Source: an uncultured virus (IMG/VR IMGVR_UViG_3300032676_000987)
Lineage: Duplodnaviria; Heunggongvirae; Uroviricota; Caudoviricetes
IMG/VR virus record: IMGVR_UViG_3300032676_000987
DNA length: 63,955 nucleotides
Direction: 5' to 3' (one strand)
Shown: positions 9,352 through 18,803 of the stretch, piece by piece
Position numbering within the stretch: the stretch's first letter is position 1
Layout of the letters: each line of letters begins with the position of its first letter
Notes under the pieces: model-generated
Seen by the model: the letters and a program-made list of their open reading frames with translations, nothing else
Databases searched by the model: none
What the model was told of the DNA's origin: nothing
Translations under genes and position numbers: made by a program

Positions 9352-10350
9352 ATGATAAAGTATGCATTAGTAGATACTGCTAACACATTCTTTCGCGCTC
9401 GGCACGTCGCGTCTCGCAATAGCGACACGTGGGAAAAGATCGGGATGGCGATGCACCTAACGCTGTCGTCTGTCAATCAGGCTGTTCGCATGTTTGACAT
9501 TGACCACGTTGTGTTTTGTCTTGAAGGACGTTCTTGGCGCAAGAAGTTCTATGCTCCTTATAAGGCCAATCGAGTAGCTACTAATGCTACTGAGGCCGAA
9601 GTCGAAGAAAACAAGATGTTTTGGGAGACGTATGAAACGTTTACTAACTATCTTCGTGAAAAGACCAACACTAGTGTCCTTCGCTGCGAGAATGCAGAAG
9701 CCGATGACCTTATCGCTCGCTTCATTCATCTGCATCCTGAGGATCAGCACTACATCCTGTCGTCTGACACTGACTTTGTGCAGTTGATTAGCGAGAATGT
9801 GAGTCAGTACAACGGTGTTGCTGGTCAACTGATCAAGCTTGACGGTTACTATGATGATCGTGGCCGTCCTGTTAAGGACAAGAAGTCCGGCACACAAAAG
9901 CTTTTGGAAGACCCCGAATATCTGCTGTTCAAGAAGATCATTCGTGGTGACGCCACTGATAACGTGTTTAGTGCTTATCCTGGCGTGCGAGAAAAGGGAA
10001 GTAAAAATACAGTAGGCATTAAGGAAGCATTTGACGACCGCACGAAGCAGGGCTTCAAGTGGAATAATCTGATGCTTCAACGGTGGACTGACCATAACGG
10101 TGTCGAACACCGTGTTAAGGATGATTATGAGCGTAATCGTACTCTCATCGATCTAACTGCTCAACCGCAAGAAATTAAAGAGGCGGTCGATGCTGTTATT
10201 CGCGGAGATGTTCGTACTAACATTACTCCTCAGGTCGGCGTTCATCTGATGAAGTTCTGTGGTAAGTACGAACTTAATAAGATTTCTGAACAAGCCGAAA
10301 CTTTCTCTAAATGGCTGAACAAGCCTTATTCTGGAGCATTACATGAGTGA
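9352..10350 (+). CDS. rnh: T4-type RNase H / 5'-3' exonuclease (FEN/PIN fold)
   Basis: LVDTAN, SWRK.FY..YKANR, EADDLI, SSDTDF.QL and GDATDNV motifs. Confidence 0.9.
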   Translation: MIKYALVDTANTFFRARHVASRNSDTWEKIGMAMHLTLSSVNQAVRMFDIDHVVFCLEGRSWRKKFYAPYKANRVATNATEAEVEENKMFWETYETFTNYLREKTNTSVLRCENAEADDLIARFIHLHPEDQHYILSSDTDFVQLISENVSQYNGVAGQLIKLDGYYDDRGRPVKDKKSGTQKLLEDPEYLLFKKIIRGDATDNVFSAYPGVREKGSKNTVGIKEAFDDRTKQGFKWNNLMLQRWTDHNGVEHRVKDDYERNRTLIDLTAQPQEIKEAVDAVIRGDVRTNITPQVGVHLMKFCGKYELNKISEQAETFSKWLNKPYSGALHE

Positions 10351-10648
10351 CAACCAAACCAAGCACACTGAATATCTCTGCAAGGACTGTAAGCATAGTT
10401 CTGTGTCATTTGCAGACATGGTTTTTTATTTCGGAAATCCTCCATCATATGATTACAAGTGCCTCAAAAATTATAAGGAATCGGTTGAGAAAGAGGATGT
10501 AGTGACTGGCCCCCAAAAAAGTAAGGCTGAATATGAATCCTGTCGAATGACCAGAGCTACTAGTGTGTGCGGTCCGAACGCTAAGTTGTGGTCTCCTAAA
10601 CACAAGAAAGACCTATTTAAATTGATTACAAAGGACCATTCAGAATGA
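10343..10648 (+). CDS. Cys-rich hypothetical protein
   Basis: CKDCKH...C...CG pattern; GGAG SD. Confidence 0.7.
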   Translation: MSDNQTKHTEYLCKDCKHSSVSFADMVFYFGNPPSYDYKCLKNYKESVEKEDVVTGPQKSKAEYESCRMTRATSVCGPNAKLWSPKHKKDLFKLITKDHSE

Positions 10649-10851
10649 TGTATGAAGACTGGATGACCGGCGAGTCTGAATGGCGTTGGGACCAAAGGAG
10701 AGTCTACAACCCATTCCGTAAATGTGAAAAATCAGGTAAGTTTCTATTTTTGCAAAAGGCCTACTACGGAGTTGAGTTCATAGACTACATACCTGACAGG
10801 GAAATATGTCTCAGTGAAAAGGAATATATATGGAGCGTACTAACAAAATGA
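10645..10851 (+). CDS. hypothetical protein
   Basis: ATGA overlaps with both neighbours. Confidence 0.6.
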   Translation: MMYEDWMTGESEWRWDQRRVYNPFRKCEKSGKFLFLQKAYYGVEFIDYIPDREICLSEKEYIWSVLTK

Positions 10852-11303
10852 CAGAGCTAATTGCTAAGCCAATCGTTAAGAATCAATTCTGGATTGTAAC
10901 AGACGGTGAAAAGAAAGTAGGAAACATTGAGGCAAACAACGCAGGGTACGGCGTTCAGATCAATGGTCACTTTTTACAGTTTAACAATGCTACTGAATTA
11001 AAGAAAAAGACACAAATAAAGTTTGAACCGCTCAAGTCTAACAAGACGAAGGCGGCTTTGCCGTATCCGCAATATCCAACAACCGCTCGCACATATAACT
11101 CTGTGTTTGATATCAAACGCGGATTACATCTGTTTACTAAGACTAACAAGAGCAAGTGCCAATATGCTGCCGGATGGTTTGTTATGGATCAAAATGGAAC
11201 TCAAACTATATCGTTTTGTCCGAAGTATATCTTCATTCAGCGCTACAATTATAAGGGCCCGTTCAAATCTGAGGAAGATGCTAAAGCGGCACTAAATACT
11301 TAG
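10848..11303 (+). CDS. conserved phage hypothetical protein
   Basis: Start MTELIAKP; FCPK.IFIQRY.Y.GPF motif. Confidence 0.7.
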   Translation: MTELIAKPIVKNQFWIVTDGEKKVGNIEANNAGYGVQINGHFLQFNNATELKKKTQIKFEPLKSNKTKAALPYPQYPTTARTYNSVFDIKRGLHLFTKTNKSKCQYAAGWFVMDQNGTQTISFCPKYIFIQRYNYKGPFKSEEDAKAALNT

Positions 11304-11305
11304 TT

Positions 11306-11509
11306 ATGATACACATCAAGCGATTTTTGGACAAGATGGCAGTGGTTGAGGCCAAACTTAATAAGGATTTGGTTCTTCCTATCGCAGAAGCCCGTGGATT
11401 GCGTGATGACGTAGCTAAATTATTAGCTGACCTACATGAATTGAATGTTGCGCGTCCTATTGATAATGAGGTTATGCAGATTGAGATAAAAGGAGGCACC
11501 TTTAAATGA
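11306..11509 (+). CDS. hypothetical protein
   Basis: Directly after TAAATA; operonic. Confidence 0.65.
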   Translation: MIHIKRFLDKMAVVEAKLNKDLVLPIAEARGLRDDVAKLLADLHELNVARPIDNEVMQIEIKGGTFK

Positions 11510-11805
11510 GCAGGACGCAACCTAATGTTCTGTTAGAACATGTAGATAAAAAAACATACAAGTGCGATCAAATTGTAGAAGCCTCAGGTATTTGGGCAGT
11601 ATTCTATGATGATCAACCTATCAATCTTAAATCCTCACATTATCTCAAGGATGATGCTGCCCCTAAGTACAAGAAAACTAGTTTCTCTAATCCAGGACAC
11701 GCTAGAAATCTATGTCGAAAGTTAAACTCACAGTTCAGGACCGACAAATTTACGGTTGTTTTTCTAAATTCCGGAAGAACCGTATATCCCGATGACCTAT
11801 CCTAA
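11506..11805 (+). CDS. conserved phage hypothetical protein
   Basis: AGGAGG SD; PKYKKTSFSNPGHA motif. Confidence 0.75.
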   Translation: MSRTQPNVLLEHVDKKTYKCDQIVEASGIWAVFYDDQPINLKSSHYLKDDAAPKYKKTSFSNPGHARNLCRKLNSQFRTDKFTVVFLNSGRTVYPDDLS

Positions 11806-12223
11806 TTCTAAAGAAGAAATCACAAGAAAGATTCTTGCAGAGATAGGAGATGATCCTGATAGTCCATGGAAGGATATCCCTGTAGATAAGTTGATGTTTG
11901 CCTGGTGGACAACAGGGCGATCTGGTAGTGGACTACGATTGACTGATCCTGGTCGCAATGCGTTTGAGTATGCCAAAATAGCGCATTATGATCTTCCATT
12001 TGATGGGCCCAAAGACCTGTCAGGGGCTCCATCGACCGGCGGATGGTCGATGTATTCATTAGAGCTAGATAAGAAAATTAAATGTCCGTACTATTTAGGT
12101 ACAGAAATAGTAGATAAAAAAAGAAAACCTTTTATTAGAATATACGATCATCGCATTGCAGTGATGATGACGCTGTACGGTGATACTAATAGTTATTTGG
12201 AATCTATTCGATTACCCAAATAA
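11792..12223 (+). CDS. hypothetical protein
   Basis: 143-aa operonic ORF. Confidence 0.7.
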   Translation: MTYPNSKEEITRKILAEIGDDPDSPWKDIPVDKLMFAWWTTGRSGSGLRLTDPGRNAFEYAKIAHYDLPFDGPKDLSGAPSTGGWSMYSLELDKKIKCPYYLGTEIVDKKRKPFIRIYDHRIAVMMTLYGDTNSYLESIRLPK

Positions 12224-12297
12224 CTTTAAAAACACGGTTACATATAGTATAAATACTACTGTAGTTTTACTACAAACACACACAGAAAGGAACTAAT

Positions 12298-12573
12298 ATG
12301 TATAAATTATTTGCCAACACCGTTATTGAAACGGTTCAGTCAGCTAAAAAGGTAGCTGTCGATACTTTCGTGAAGCACGAAGGACTTGCCAAATCTCTCA
12401 CTGATTTTGTGGATGCTCAAACCGAGTACACCAAAAAGTTTGTAGATGCATCAGTTGATGCTGGCACCAAAGTTGCGACCACATTGTCTACTCCAAAGTT
12501 CTATGAAGATGCTTTCAAGAACGCACAGGCTCAGGTCGAAACTCTATTCCCAACTTCAAAGAAAGGTAAGTAA
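12298..12573 (+). CDS. Phasin-like amphipathic helical protein
   Basis: Ala/Lys/Thr-rich helical 91 aa; TATAAATA and AAGGA upstream. Confidence 0.5.
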   Translation: MYKLFANTVIETVQSAKKVAVDTFVKHEGLAKSLTDFVDAQTEYTKKFVDASVDAGTKVATTLSTPKFYEDAFKNAQAQVETLFPTSKKGK

Positions 12574-12704
12574 ATTGTTTAAGAATTGTCAACTAGATTT
12601 AGACGACGTGATCGGTAAGGTAGCAGTAGCGGGCGGAGCTACGCTCGGTGTGTTATCTCTCGTCGTTTTTACAATTTTCACTATATAATACAGGAAACGC
12701 ACAA

Positions 12705-12983
12705 ATGAGCGAAAATAAGATTCATAATTTACCGGAAGTAAAGTTCAATAAGAACGGCTACGAAATTAGGACCGACGTCCTTGCAATGGCAAAAGACCTA
12801 GTGCAAGCTGAATATAACATGAAGTGGGCGGGATGGGAAATGCAACAGTATCGGGACGAGAAGACCGGTCAGCTTGTTGCGCGGGTTGAAGCTCCGGAAT
12901 TTCCAGGACTGGACAAGGTTCTAGAAACTGCACAAAAGATGTACGATTTTGTTAATCAAAGTCGACCAACTGCATCTAAATAA
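12705..12983 (+). CDS. conserved phage hypothetical protein
   Basis: KNGYEIR..VL.MAKD motif; AGGA SD. Confidence 0.7.
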   Translation: MSENKIHNLPEVKFNKNGYEIRTDVLAMAKDLVQAEYNMKWAGWEMQQYRDEKTGQLVARVEAPEFPGLDKVLETAQKMYDFVNQSRPTASK

Positions 12984-13006
12984 ACTACCCAATCGGTAAG
13001 GGGGAT

Positions 13007-13036
13007 AAATGCTCGATTCGTCGGGCATTTATTTTG
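13007..13036 (+). terminator. Rho-independent terminator
   Basis: AAATGCTCGA-TTCG-TCGGGCATTT followed by a T-run. Confidence 0.7.
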
Positions 13037-13080
13037 GATAAAGAGGTTGACTACAGCTACAATTTTTGATACTATGAATT

Positions 13081-13290
13081 ATGGAAAAGAGTTGCACACA
13101 TTTCGTCGGATTTAACGGTGATGAATTCACCAGGGCCTGTGCTTTTTTTGGCAAGCCCGATTTCATCCATCGTTTTTGGGACGGTCGAGCCAAATCTATG
13201 GTTATGGATTGGGATACGGTGGTATTTGCCAAAGGTACCGAATTCGATACTCCACAGATGTTTTCCTTTGATGACTCGCAGGTGATGTAA
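13081..13290 (+). CDS. hypothetical early protein
   Basis: Immediately after TTGACT-N17-TACTAT promoter. Confidence 0.6.
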   Translation: MEKSCTHFVGFNGDEFTRACAFFGKPDFIHRFWDGRAKSMVMDWDTVVFAKGTEFDTPQMFSFDDSQVM

Positions 13291-13291
13291 T

Positions 13292-13465
13292 ATGACACAA
13301 CGCAATTACTTTTCTGAAGGGCACAATGCCTTCTATTCGGGTAACGGATATCGACCCGAAGATATCAACGACTATAAAGAATTTATGCGTGGATGGAATG
13401 CTGCTCGTGATCAAGAATATGAAGAATTCATTGAGGATGAGAGGCGCTGCGGACGGGCCGAATGA
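13292..13465 (+). CDS. 57-aa protein with Rmf-like motif (not in ORF track)
   Basis: MTQRNYFSEGHNAFYSG...EFMRGWNAARD; fills the gap and has an ATGA overlap with the next gene. Confidence 0.55.
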   Translation: MTQRNYFSEGHNAFYSGNGYRPEDINDYKEFMRGWNAARDQEYEEFIEDERRCGRAE

Positions 13466-14049
13466 AGTACGGACCTAAAACTAAATCTGTCGAAGCATTT
13501 TTGTGCTATCTCATGAAGATGATTCCGGAAGATCATGGTAATGTTATAGGTGCGTTGTGTGCAGCGAAACCAAACTTATGGGAACACGATGAACATTACT
13601 CTGATGCTGAAACGAAGGCTCAGGTTTCTGCGATCATGGCTCATAAATGTGATTATGAGAAGATGGAATTAGCAGGACATCACGCTGATCTTCTTACGCA
13701 GGAAAATCTTTTTACGTGTTCAGTAGCTCGATATGCTGCATTTGAGATTCAGGGTGCAGACTTCTTGCGCGAGAATAACACGCCCTTTTTCTTTTTGCCG
13801 ATGTTTGGATTCACTAATCCGGATTCAATCATTTCGGAGGTTCGTGCTATTCTAGAAAGCAGAAACCCGAGCAGTAAGAAAAAGGCTAAGAAAAATTTCA
13901 TTCAATGGAAAAGACCGTCATTTAAAGTTTTCAGTGCTATTGGCTTTTACTTGTTACTGATGTTTATTTTCGGTATGTCAACTATGAGTTTTGTTTTATT
14001 GACCGTTCATTGGTTGTATACCCACCGACACTCACTTTGGCTAAACTAA
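13462..14049 (+). CDS. hypothetical protein with C-terminal transmembrane segment
   Basis: Hydrophobic C-terminus. Confidence 0.65.
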   Translation: MKYGPKTKSVEAFLCYLMKMIPEDHGNVIGALCAAKPNLWEHDEHYSDAETKAQVSAIMAHKCDYEKMELAGHHADLLTQENLFTCSVARYAAFEIQGADFLRENNTPFFFLPMFGFTNPDSIISEVRAILESRNPSSKKKAKKNFIQWKRPSFKVFSAIGFYLLLMFIFGMSTMSFVLLTVHWLYTHRHSLWLN

Positions 14050-14055
14050 AATATT

Positions 14056-14241
14056 ATGACTGAAATAACTAGAAGCACCTGCTGGGATCAAGGAATAGAA
14101 CCAAACGATTGGGTAGCGTATGCTACTTGGAATGAACCGCACAAGACGATTCATATCGATGAGTTCCGTAACCCTAATCTTATCAGCAAAAGACAACAAC
14201 CTCCGCCAGGCGGTTGGACTACTAAAAATGAAGGTAAATAA
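14056..14241 (+). CDS. hypothetical protein
   Basis: 61-aa operonic ORF. Confidence 0.5.
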   Translation: MTEITRSTCWDQGIEPNDWVAYATWNEPHKTIHIDEFRNPNLISKRQQPPPGGWTTKNEGK

Positions 14242-14673
14242 ATGACTATTTTTGAAACTATCAAAGCTGATGTCCTTCAGGCTCGTAAGGACCGTGACCA
14301 GGCTAAGGTGAACGTACTTAATACGCTCATTGCAGAGCTATGCCGAGAAACTAAGGAACCGAATGACGATCAAGTTGGTAAGGGTGTTCGCAAGTTTCTA
14401 AAGAATCTAGACGCCAACATTCAGGCTCTTGCATCAGTCAAGATGAGTTCTCCGGAACTAGAACGTGAAGTACAGATTGTCTCTGCCTACAGTCAACAAA
14501 CAGACATGGTTGATTTTCAGCCTGTCTGTGATATACTGATTGCTGGCAATCCTGAGAAGATTCTGTCTGAAAAGACTATCGGCTGGTTCGTCGGACAAAC
14601 CATGAAGTCTGTTGGCGGTAAGGCCAATCCATCTAGCATTAAGACATATCTAGAAAGCAAAATCAATGAATAG
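14242..14673 (+). CDS. GatB/YqeY-domain protein
   Basis: IKADVLQARK.RD......L..L..E at the N-terminus; IGWFVGQTMKSVGGKANP at the C-terminus. Confidence 0.8.
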   Translation: MTIFETIKADVLQARKDRDQAKVNVLNTLIAELCRETKEPNDDQVGKGVRKFLKNLDANIQALASVKMSSPELEREVQIVSAYSQQTDMVDFQPVCDILIAGNPEKILSEKTIGWFVGQTMKSVGGKANPSSIKTYLESKINE

Positions 14674-14839
14674 CTACGAATGGGTAAAGAACAACATTAC
14701 CGTAATTACCGAACTAAATCTTCGGCAAATTCGTGAATGGCAAGACGCCAATCCTGATAAGGAATGGACGCCAGCAGTGCTGGGATGGCATTTCTTTGAC
14801 TGGATGAAGAGGAACTCCGATGGGAATGTATGTCAATAA
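14666..14839 (+). CDS. 57-aa hypothetical protein (not in ORF track)
   Basis: MNSYEWVKNN...; fills the gap between genes. Confidence 0.5.
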   Translation: MNSYEWVKNNITVITELNLRQIREWQDANPDKEWTPAVLGWHFFDWMKRNSDGNVCQ

Positions 14840-15032
14840 AGATGGTCAGCTAGTATTACATGATCATTTTTGGAAAGTTAAGCAACCTATTTCCTGGAGT
14901 GCAAAGCCGGTTTTCTTTGGTCTGTTTCAATCATACAAAGTATTGAAGTATCGATATAATCACGGTGTGTATGAAGAAGCTTGGATGCCGTCTTCATATG
15001 CTGAAATCGAATCAAACGCGAGTTATGATTAA
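14820..15032 (+). CDS. hypothetical protein
   Basis: GAGGA SD. Confidence 0.6.
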   Translation: MGMYVNKDGQLVLHDHFWKVKQPISWSAKPVFFGLFQSYKVLKYRYNHGVYEEAWMPSSYAEIESNASYD

Positions 15033-15095
15033 ACGGTTGACTTGCTGCATTCTTAGTGTATAGTACTAATACGATCTAACTTATGGAGAACGACA

Positions 15096-15311
15096 ATGCC
15101 TTCTGAACTTCCGCGTATGCCGGGTGAAACGTATCAATCCATGCTTCGTCATGGTTCTGCTAAGGGCCTTGGTCTTCAAGCCGGCGAAGTTGCTTGGTCT
15201 GGTTCTAGGAAGGGTCCTACTTTCTCTAAGGGCGCCAAGCTTGTCGTGGCCGGATCTGTGCTTGGTATTGCGGCCGCAGTTGCCGGATTTGTTTTTCTGA
15301 TGAGCGGATAA
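15096..15311 (+). CDS. membrane-anchored hypothetical protein
   Basis: sigma70 promoter and GGAG upstream; C-terminal TM helix. Confidence 0.65.
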   Translation: MPSELPRMPGETYQSMLRHGSAKGLGLQAGEVAWSGSRKGPTFSKGAKLVVAGSVLGIAAAVAGFVFLMSG

Positions 15312-15314
15312 CGC

Positions 15315-15533
15315 ATGCCAGGTAATCGGAAACAGATTATCAGCCTTCTATGTATCGCCGTAATTAGTACATATTTGCTTGTTGGTTCGTATGTAGGATT
15401 ACTCTTTAAGAGTAATATCCCTGCAATCAATTTGTACGGAGAAGCATATATTGCGTTAACGTGGCCGGCCTGGTTTAAAAACTCGTATGTTAATCTTCCG
15501 GTACCAAATTGGGTATTCACGTTTAAGGATTGA
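15315..15533 (+). CDS. membrane protein
   Basis: Hydrophobic 72 aa. Confidence 0.6.
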   Translation: MPGNRKQIISLLCIAVISTYLLVGSYVGLLFKSNIPAINLYGEAYIALTWPAWFKNSYVNLPVPNWVFTFKD

Positions 15534-15539
15534 AAAACA

Positions 15540-15878
15540 ATGGACACTCATACTATTATCTACATGAATCGGGCTGAGGAAGCTGATCGGCGCGCGGCAC
15601 AGTTGGCTATGCAAAACGAAAAGTTAGCTTCGGAATTAGCACGGGTGAAGGCTAGCTACGCTGATGCTATGGAAAAATGGAGCTTATACGTTCAGGAATT
15701 TGCACCGAGAGCGAAGAAGGAAGACAACCGAGTAGATTTGGAAATCGAGCTAGAGCATGAAGAAATTTATGATCTTATGCTTATGGCACACGAGCGAGAC
15801 ATAACACTCAATCAATTGATTGAGGAATCGCTAACTATTGCTATGCAAAATTTCGACGAATCTAAAATTACAGAGTAA
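15540..15878 (+). CDS. coiled-coil / ribbon-helix-helix-like protein
   Basis: C-terminal LM.MAHERDITLNQLIE motif. Confidence 0.6.
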   Translation: MDTHTIIYMNRAEEADRRAAQLAMQNEKLASELARVKASYADAMEKWSLYVQEFAPRAKKEDNRVDLEIELEHEEIYDLMLMAHERDITLNQLIEESLTIAMQNFDESKITE

Positions 15879-16043
15879 GAATAATGGCTAAACATTTTAA
15901 ATATCCAGCGCCCGGCTTTATAGCGACTTTAAGTGCTGCACAAAAATCATGATTTTTGGTCCAAAGAGAAAATTTGAGATAAAAATCCAAGGTCCCAAAA
16001 ATATAGACCATTAGCTATTGTGAAGCATTGAGAAAGACGAGAC

Positions 16044-16208
16044 ATGACACCGCTTGCCGTTAAAATCATGATTGATAATCGCGTTAAGGAACTTGACGCT
16101 CTTATCAAATCTTCTGATGAAAAGCATCACTACGCTCTTATGGCGGCGCAGTTTGAACTCCTCCGTCTCGGACAAAAGATCATTCAACTTGAACAGGCTG
16201 AGAATTAA
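16044..16208 (+). CDS. 54-aa hypothetical protein (not in ORF track)
   Basis: MTPLAVKIMIDNRVKELD...; codon usage like early genes. Confidence 0.5.
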   Translation: MTPLAVKIMIDNRVKELDALIKSSDEKHHYALMAAQFELLRLGQKIIQLEQAEN

Positions 16209-16297
16209 ATCAAAAGATTTCAAAATATAGGTTGACACCTATTGCCCATTCTACTATTATAATTCGTAGATTTATAAATACATCTAAGGAACGTCAC

Positions 16298-16498
16298 ATG
16301 AATATCAACGAAGTCATGCAACCGAGCGAGCAAGCGCTCTTTGAAGCTATCGATGCTAACAATGACACCGGTCTTCGTACCGAAGATGTTGTCAAGATCA
16401 TCAAGAGCAAGAACGGTCCGTGGTCTGGGCCTTACACCCTTGAGGAATCTAAGGCTCGGTTGCGAGCGGTAGCGGAAGCTAATGGCATCTCCTTTTAA
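16298..16498 (+). CDS. Putative antitoxin-like small protein
   Basis: Acidic 66 aa overlapping a RelE-like gene; TATAAATA and AAGGA upstream. Confidence 0.5.
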   Translation: MNINEVMQPSEQALFEAIDANNDTGLRTEDVVKIIKSKNGPWSGPYTLEESKARLRAVAEANGISF

Positions 16499-16925
16499 AG
16501 GTCAACCTGTAAACACAGTGGTGTTTGATTACGGACCTCTTTGGGACGAGTCATTGATTTCTGCCATCAAGGACACTCCTAATATTCTCAAGAAGATTGA
16601 GGAGTTTCAAGAAGTTAAGAGTCGGGATCCAATAACACCGTTTGGTCCAAGTGATAATCGCTTTAAATCCGAAGGGGCATACGCCCAGTATATGCCAAAA
16701 GCTAGAAAGGCCCACTTGTCTTCGGACATGTCTATAGTGTATGAACTATCCGGTAGAAAGCCTACAACAATTAAATTATACGGAGTATTCACCCATGCTC
16801 AATTGGGTACGGGCCAACCACCCAACATAAAAATTCAACAAAATATGGCGAAGCGCCTTGCAAAAGAAGACGCTGACCCTTGCGACGATGACTTGAACAC
16901 CCTAATTGAATCCTGGCTTAGATAA
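16482..16925 (+). CDS. RelE/YafQ-like mRNA interferase-fold protein
   Basis: RKAHLSSDMSIVY...IKLYGVFTHAQL resembles the YafQ pattern R.CH...D.LL.Y...L...G.H.EL. Confidence 0.6.
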   Translation: MASPFKGQPVNTVVFDYGPLWDESLISAIKDTPNILKKIEEFQEVKSRDPITPFGPSDNRFKSEGAYAQYMPKARKAHLSSDMSIVYELSGRKPTTIKLYGVFTHAQLGTGQPPNIKIQQNMAKRLAKEDADPCDDDLNTLIESWLR

Positions 16926-17035
16926 CCTACTAAGTCAGTGCATAACCTAATACGAAAATAGGTAAACTTTCGGCTTGACCTTTTCCTCATTCAGCATTAT
17001 AACTAGTACATAGTTTGAAGCAACGGAACAAAGAA

Positions 17036-17686
17036 ATGGCTCGCCCTTCTTATCAAAAAGTGATTCGCTCTTACGAAACTGCCGACGTGTTTTCTGCGGC
17101 TACTGCTGCGCAACGCATCAACGGTTCTTATATTCGGGAACTCACTGCTGAACCCCCCGAAGGTACTCAACTCAATCGTAACATCGTCAACCGCCTTTTG
17201 GCTGATACTACTCAAATTACCGAAGAGGATCGCATTGAAGGCGCCAAGGTTCGGCAGTATTATCAGGGCCTTACTTTCAAGATTCTTAAGGGAATCACGC
17301 TGAATGATTTTGAATATCAGGCTCTGACGCTCGCTAACTGTGAAACTATCGAGACTTCTCTAGGCGTCGGAGTGATCACGTCTCTTCCGTCTTGCTATCT
17401 TCGTTCTATCGCCCGCGATGAAGCCGAACGCAAGGTTCGTTACGCTAATGGTGGCTATCTTGCTGCTCCGGGCGTTAAGGTCAATGATGTTGTGCTTGAG
17501 GTTATGAAGTCCGTCTATTCTGAAAAGTACGGTGTGTATTTCATTACGTGCCTCACTCCCGACAAGCAAGCGGTGTTCTTTAGCTATCGGGAACGTCTGC
17601 TTGTTGGCAACACTATTAAGGTCAGCGGTCGGGTTAAGGCTCACCGGGACGGTTCCACCCAACTATCACACACAAAGGTTATTTAA
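17036..17686 (+). CDS. Early protein with C-terminal OB-fold-like domain
   Basis: Beta-rich C-terminus G..IKVSGRVKAH...TQL..VK; sigma70 promoter upstream. Confidence 0.6.
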   Translation: MARPSYQKVIRSYETADVFSAATAAQRINGSYIRELTAEPPEGTQLNRNIVNRLLADTTQITEEDRIEGAKVRQYYQGLTFKILKGITLNDFEYQALTLANCETIETSLGVGVITSLPSCYLRSIARDEAERKVRYANGGYLAAPGVKVNDVVLEVMKSVYSEKYGVYFITCLTPDKQAVFFSYRERLLVGNTIKVSGRVKAHRDGSTQLSHTKVI

Positions 17687-17688
17687 TT

Positions 17689-17844
17689 ATGGATATGAAG
17701 TGGTATTTTATTGCAATAGCTGTGATTTTTGCTAGTATGTTTGCTGAGCAGGCATATGATTCTCACTACAAGGCTCAGTGCAGAATCGCCTATTCTAAGT
17801 ATAACCACACTCCCGAAGAAATTAACAAAGTCTGCGGGAACTGA
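17689..17844 (+). CDS. small exported/membrane protein (not in ORF track)
   Basis: MDMKWYFIAIAVIFASMF... with two Cys. Confidence 0.5.
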   Translation: MDMKWYFIAIAVIFASMFAEQAYDSHYKAQCRIAYSKYNHTPEEINKVCGN

Positions 17845-17848
17845 ATAA

Positions 17849-18214
17849 GTGCCTGAGGGACCCGAGTGGTCTTTCGTAAATTGGGTCTCCCTTAAGTGGG
17901 TTGTAAATTCCCTAAGTGGACTGTCTCTCAGGCATTTATATACTATCGTGATTAGGCTCGGTAAAAACATAGAGGATTTCGGTGAGATCACGACGTGGTG
18001 CGAGGAAACCTTTGGTCCTTCACTTCCGTGGCAAGAAAATGTTGTCAACGGAATTGATGGTTCGGGCTGGCGTCTCAGCGTTGATATAGTTCCTGAAAGA
18101 ATTATGTGGCTTAGTCAACCTGATCATGGATACATTGATTGGCCATGTCCGTATATAACTTTACAAACAACCAATCCTAGTTGGGAAACCTTTGCTGCGT
18201 TGAGGTGGGAATAA
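17849..18214 (+). CDS. hypothetical protein (W...F.LRW small-protein family)
   Basis: TWCEETFG ... FAALRWE. Confidence 0.55.
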   Translation: MPEGPEWSFVNWVSLKWVVNSLSGLSLRHLYTIVIRLGKNIEDFGEITTWCEETFGPSLPWQENVVNGIDGSGWRLSVDIVPERIMWLSQPDHGYIDWPCPYITLQTTNPSWETFAALRWE

Positions 18215-18411
18215 TGTCTAGTGCTGAAAAAGAAAATGTTTTTAGAGTCTTAAAAGATGAACCATTATTGGTTACTAGTTTTTGGTGTAGGTTTGGCTGG
18301 CATCGTTGGTTGAAATGGTCAGAACCCAAAAAAGACGGCATTCACGCTGTACAAACTAGAACCTGTTCATCCTGTAATTTATGGTCTCGCAGACGTAAAG
18401 ATGATTTTTAA
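18214..18411 (+). CDS. small Cys/His protein
   Basis: CRFGWH.W...R.C..C pattern. Confidence 0.6.
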   Translation: MSSAEKENVFRVLKDEPLLVTSFWCRFGWHRWLKWSEPKKDGIHAVQTRTCSSCNLWSRRRKDDF

Positions 18412-18749
18412 TGATTCCAAAAATTAATAGAACGGTTGTTAACTCAACGCCGAGAACATTAGATGCTAAATGGACGATGGACCCGTTGATAATACAATCA
18501 GCGGATGACCTCGATACGGAACTCTGGAAAAAACTTTCAGAAGAAGTATCCAAAGAACTCGATTGGGAAGTAGTCAAATCGTTGAGCAGCAAACATCATG
18601 TTGTCACTATAAACAATCCAAAAGCGGAAGAAATTAAGATTTGGCTTGCGCAGGCCTGTACAGAGCCCTATATAGCTAAATTTGATTACAGTGAGATTTT
18701 GTTCATTTCAGGTGAAGATGCCTCTTGGTGCATTCTTCGATGGGGATGA
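18411..18749 (+). CDS. hypothetical protein (W...F.LRW family)
   Basis: Ends EDASWCILRWG. Confidence 0.6.
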   Translation: MIPKINRTVVNSTPRTLDAKWTMDPLIIQSADDLDTELWKKLSEEVSKELDWEVVKSLSSKHHVVTINNPKAEEIKIWLAQACTEPYIAKFDYSEILFISGEDASWCILRWG

Positions 18750-18803
18750 TTTAGTTTGACAACCTCACGCTCCTAAGCTATAATACTTTTAAATCATTAA
18801 GGA

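Noticed and set aside
9457..10110. 217-aa antisense ORF (and similar ones at 19098-19718, 52853-53410, 27740-28102, 27777-28157)
   Set aside because: Shadow frames of well-supported genes, with no motifs or SD.
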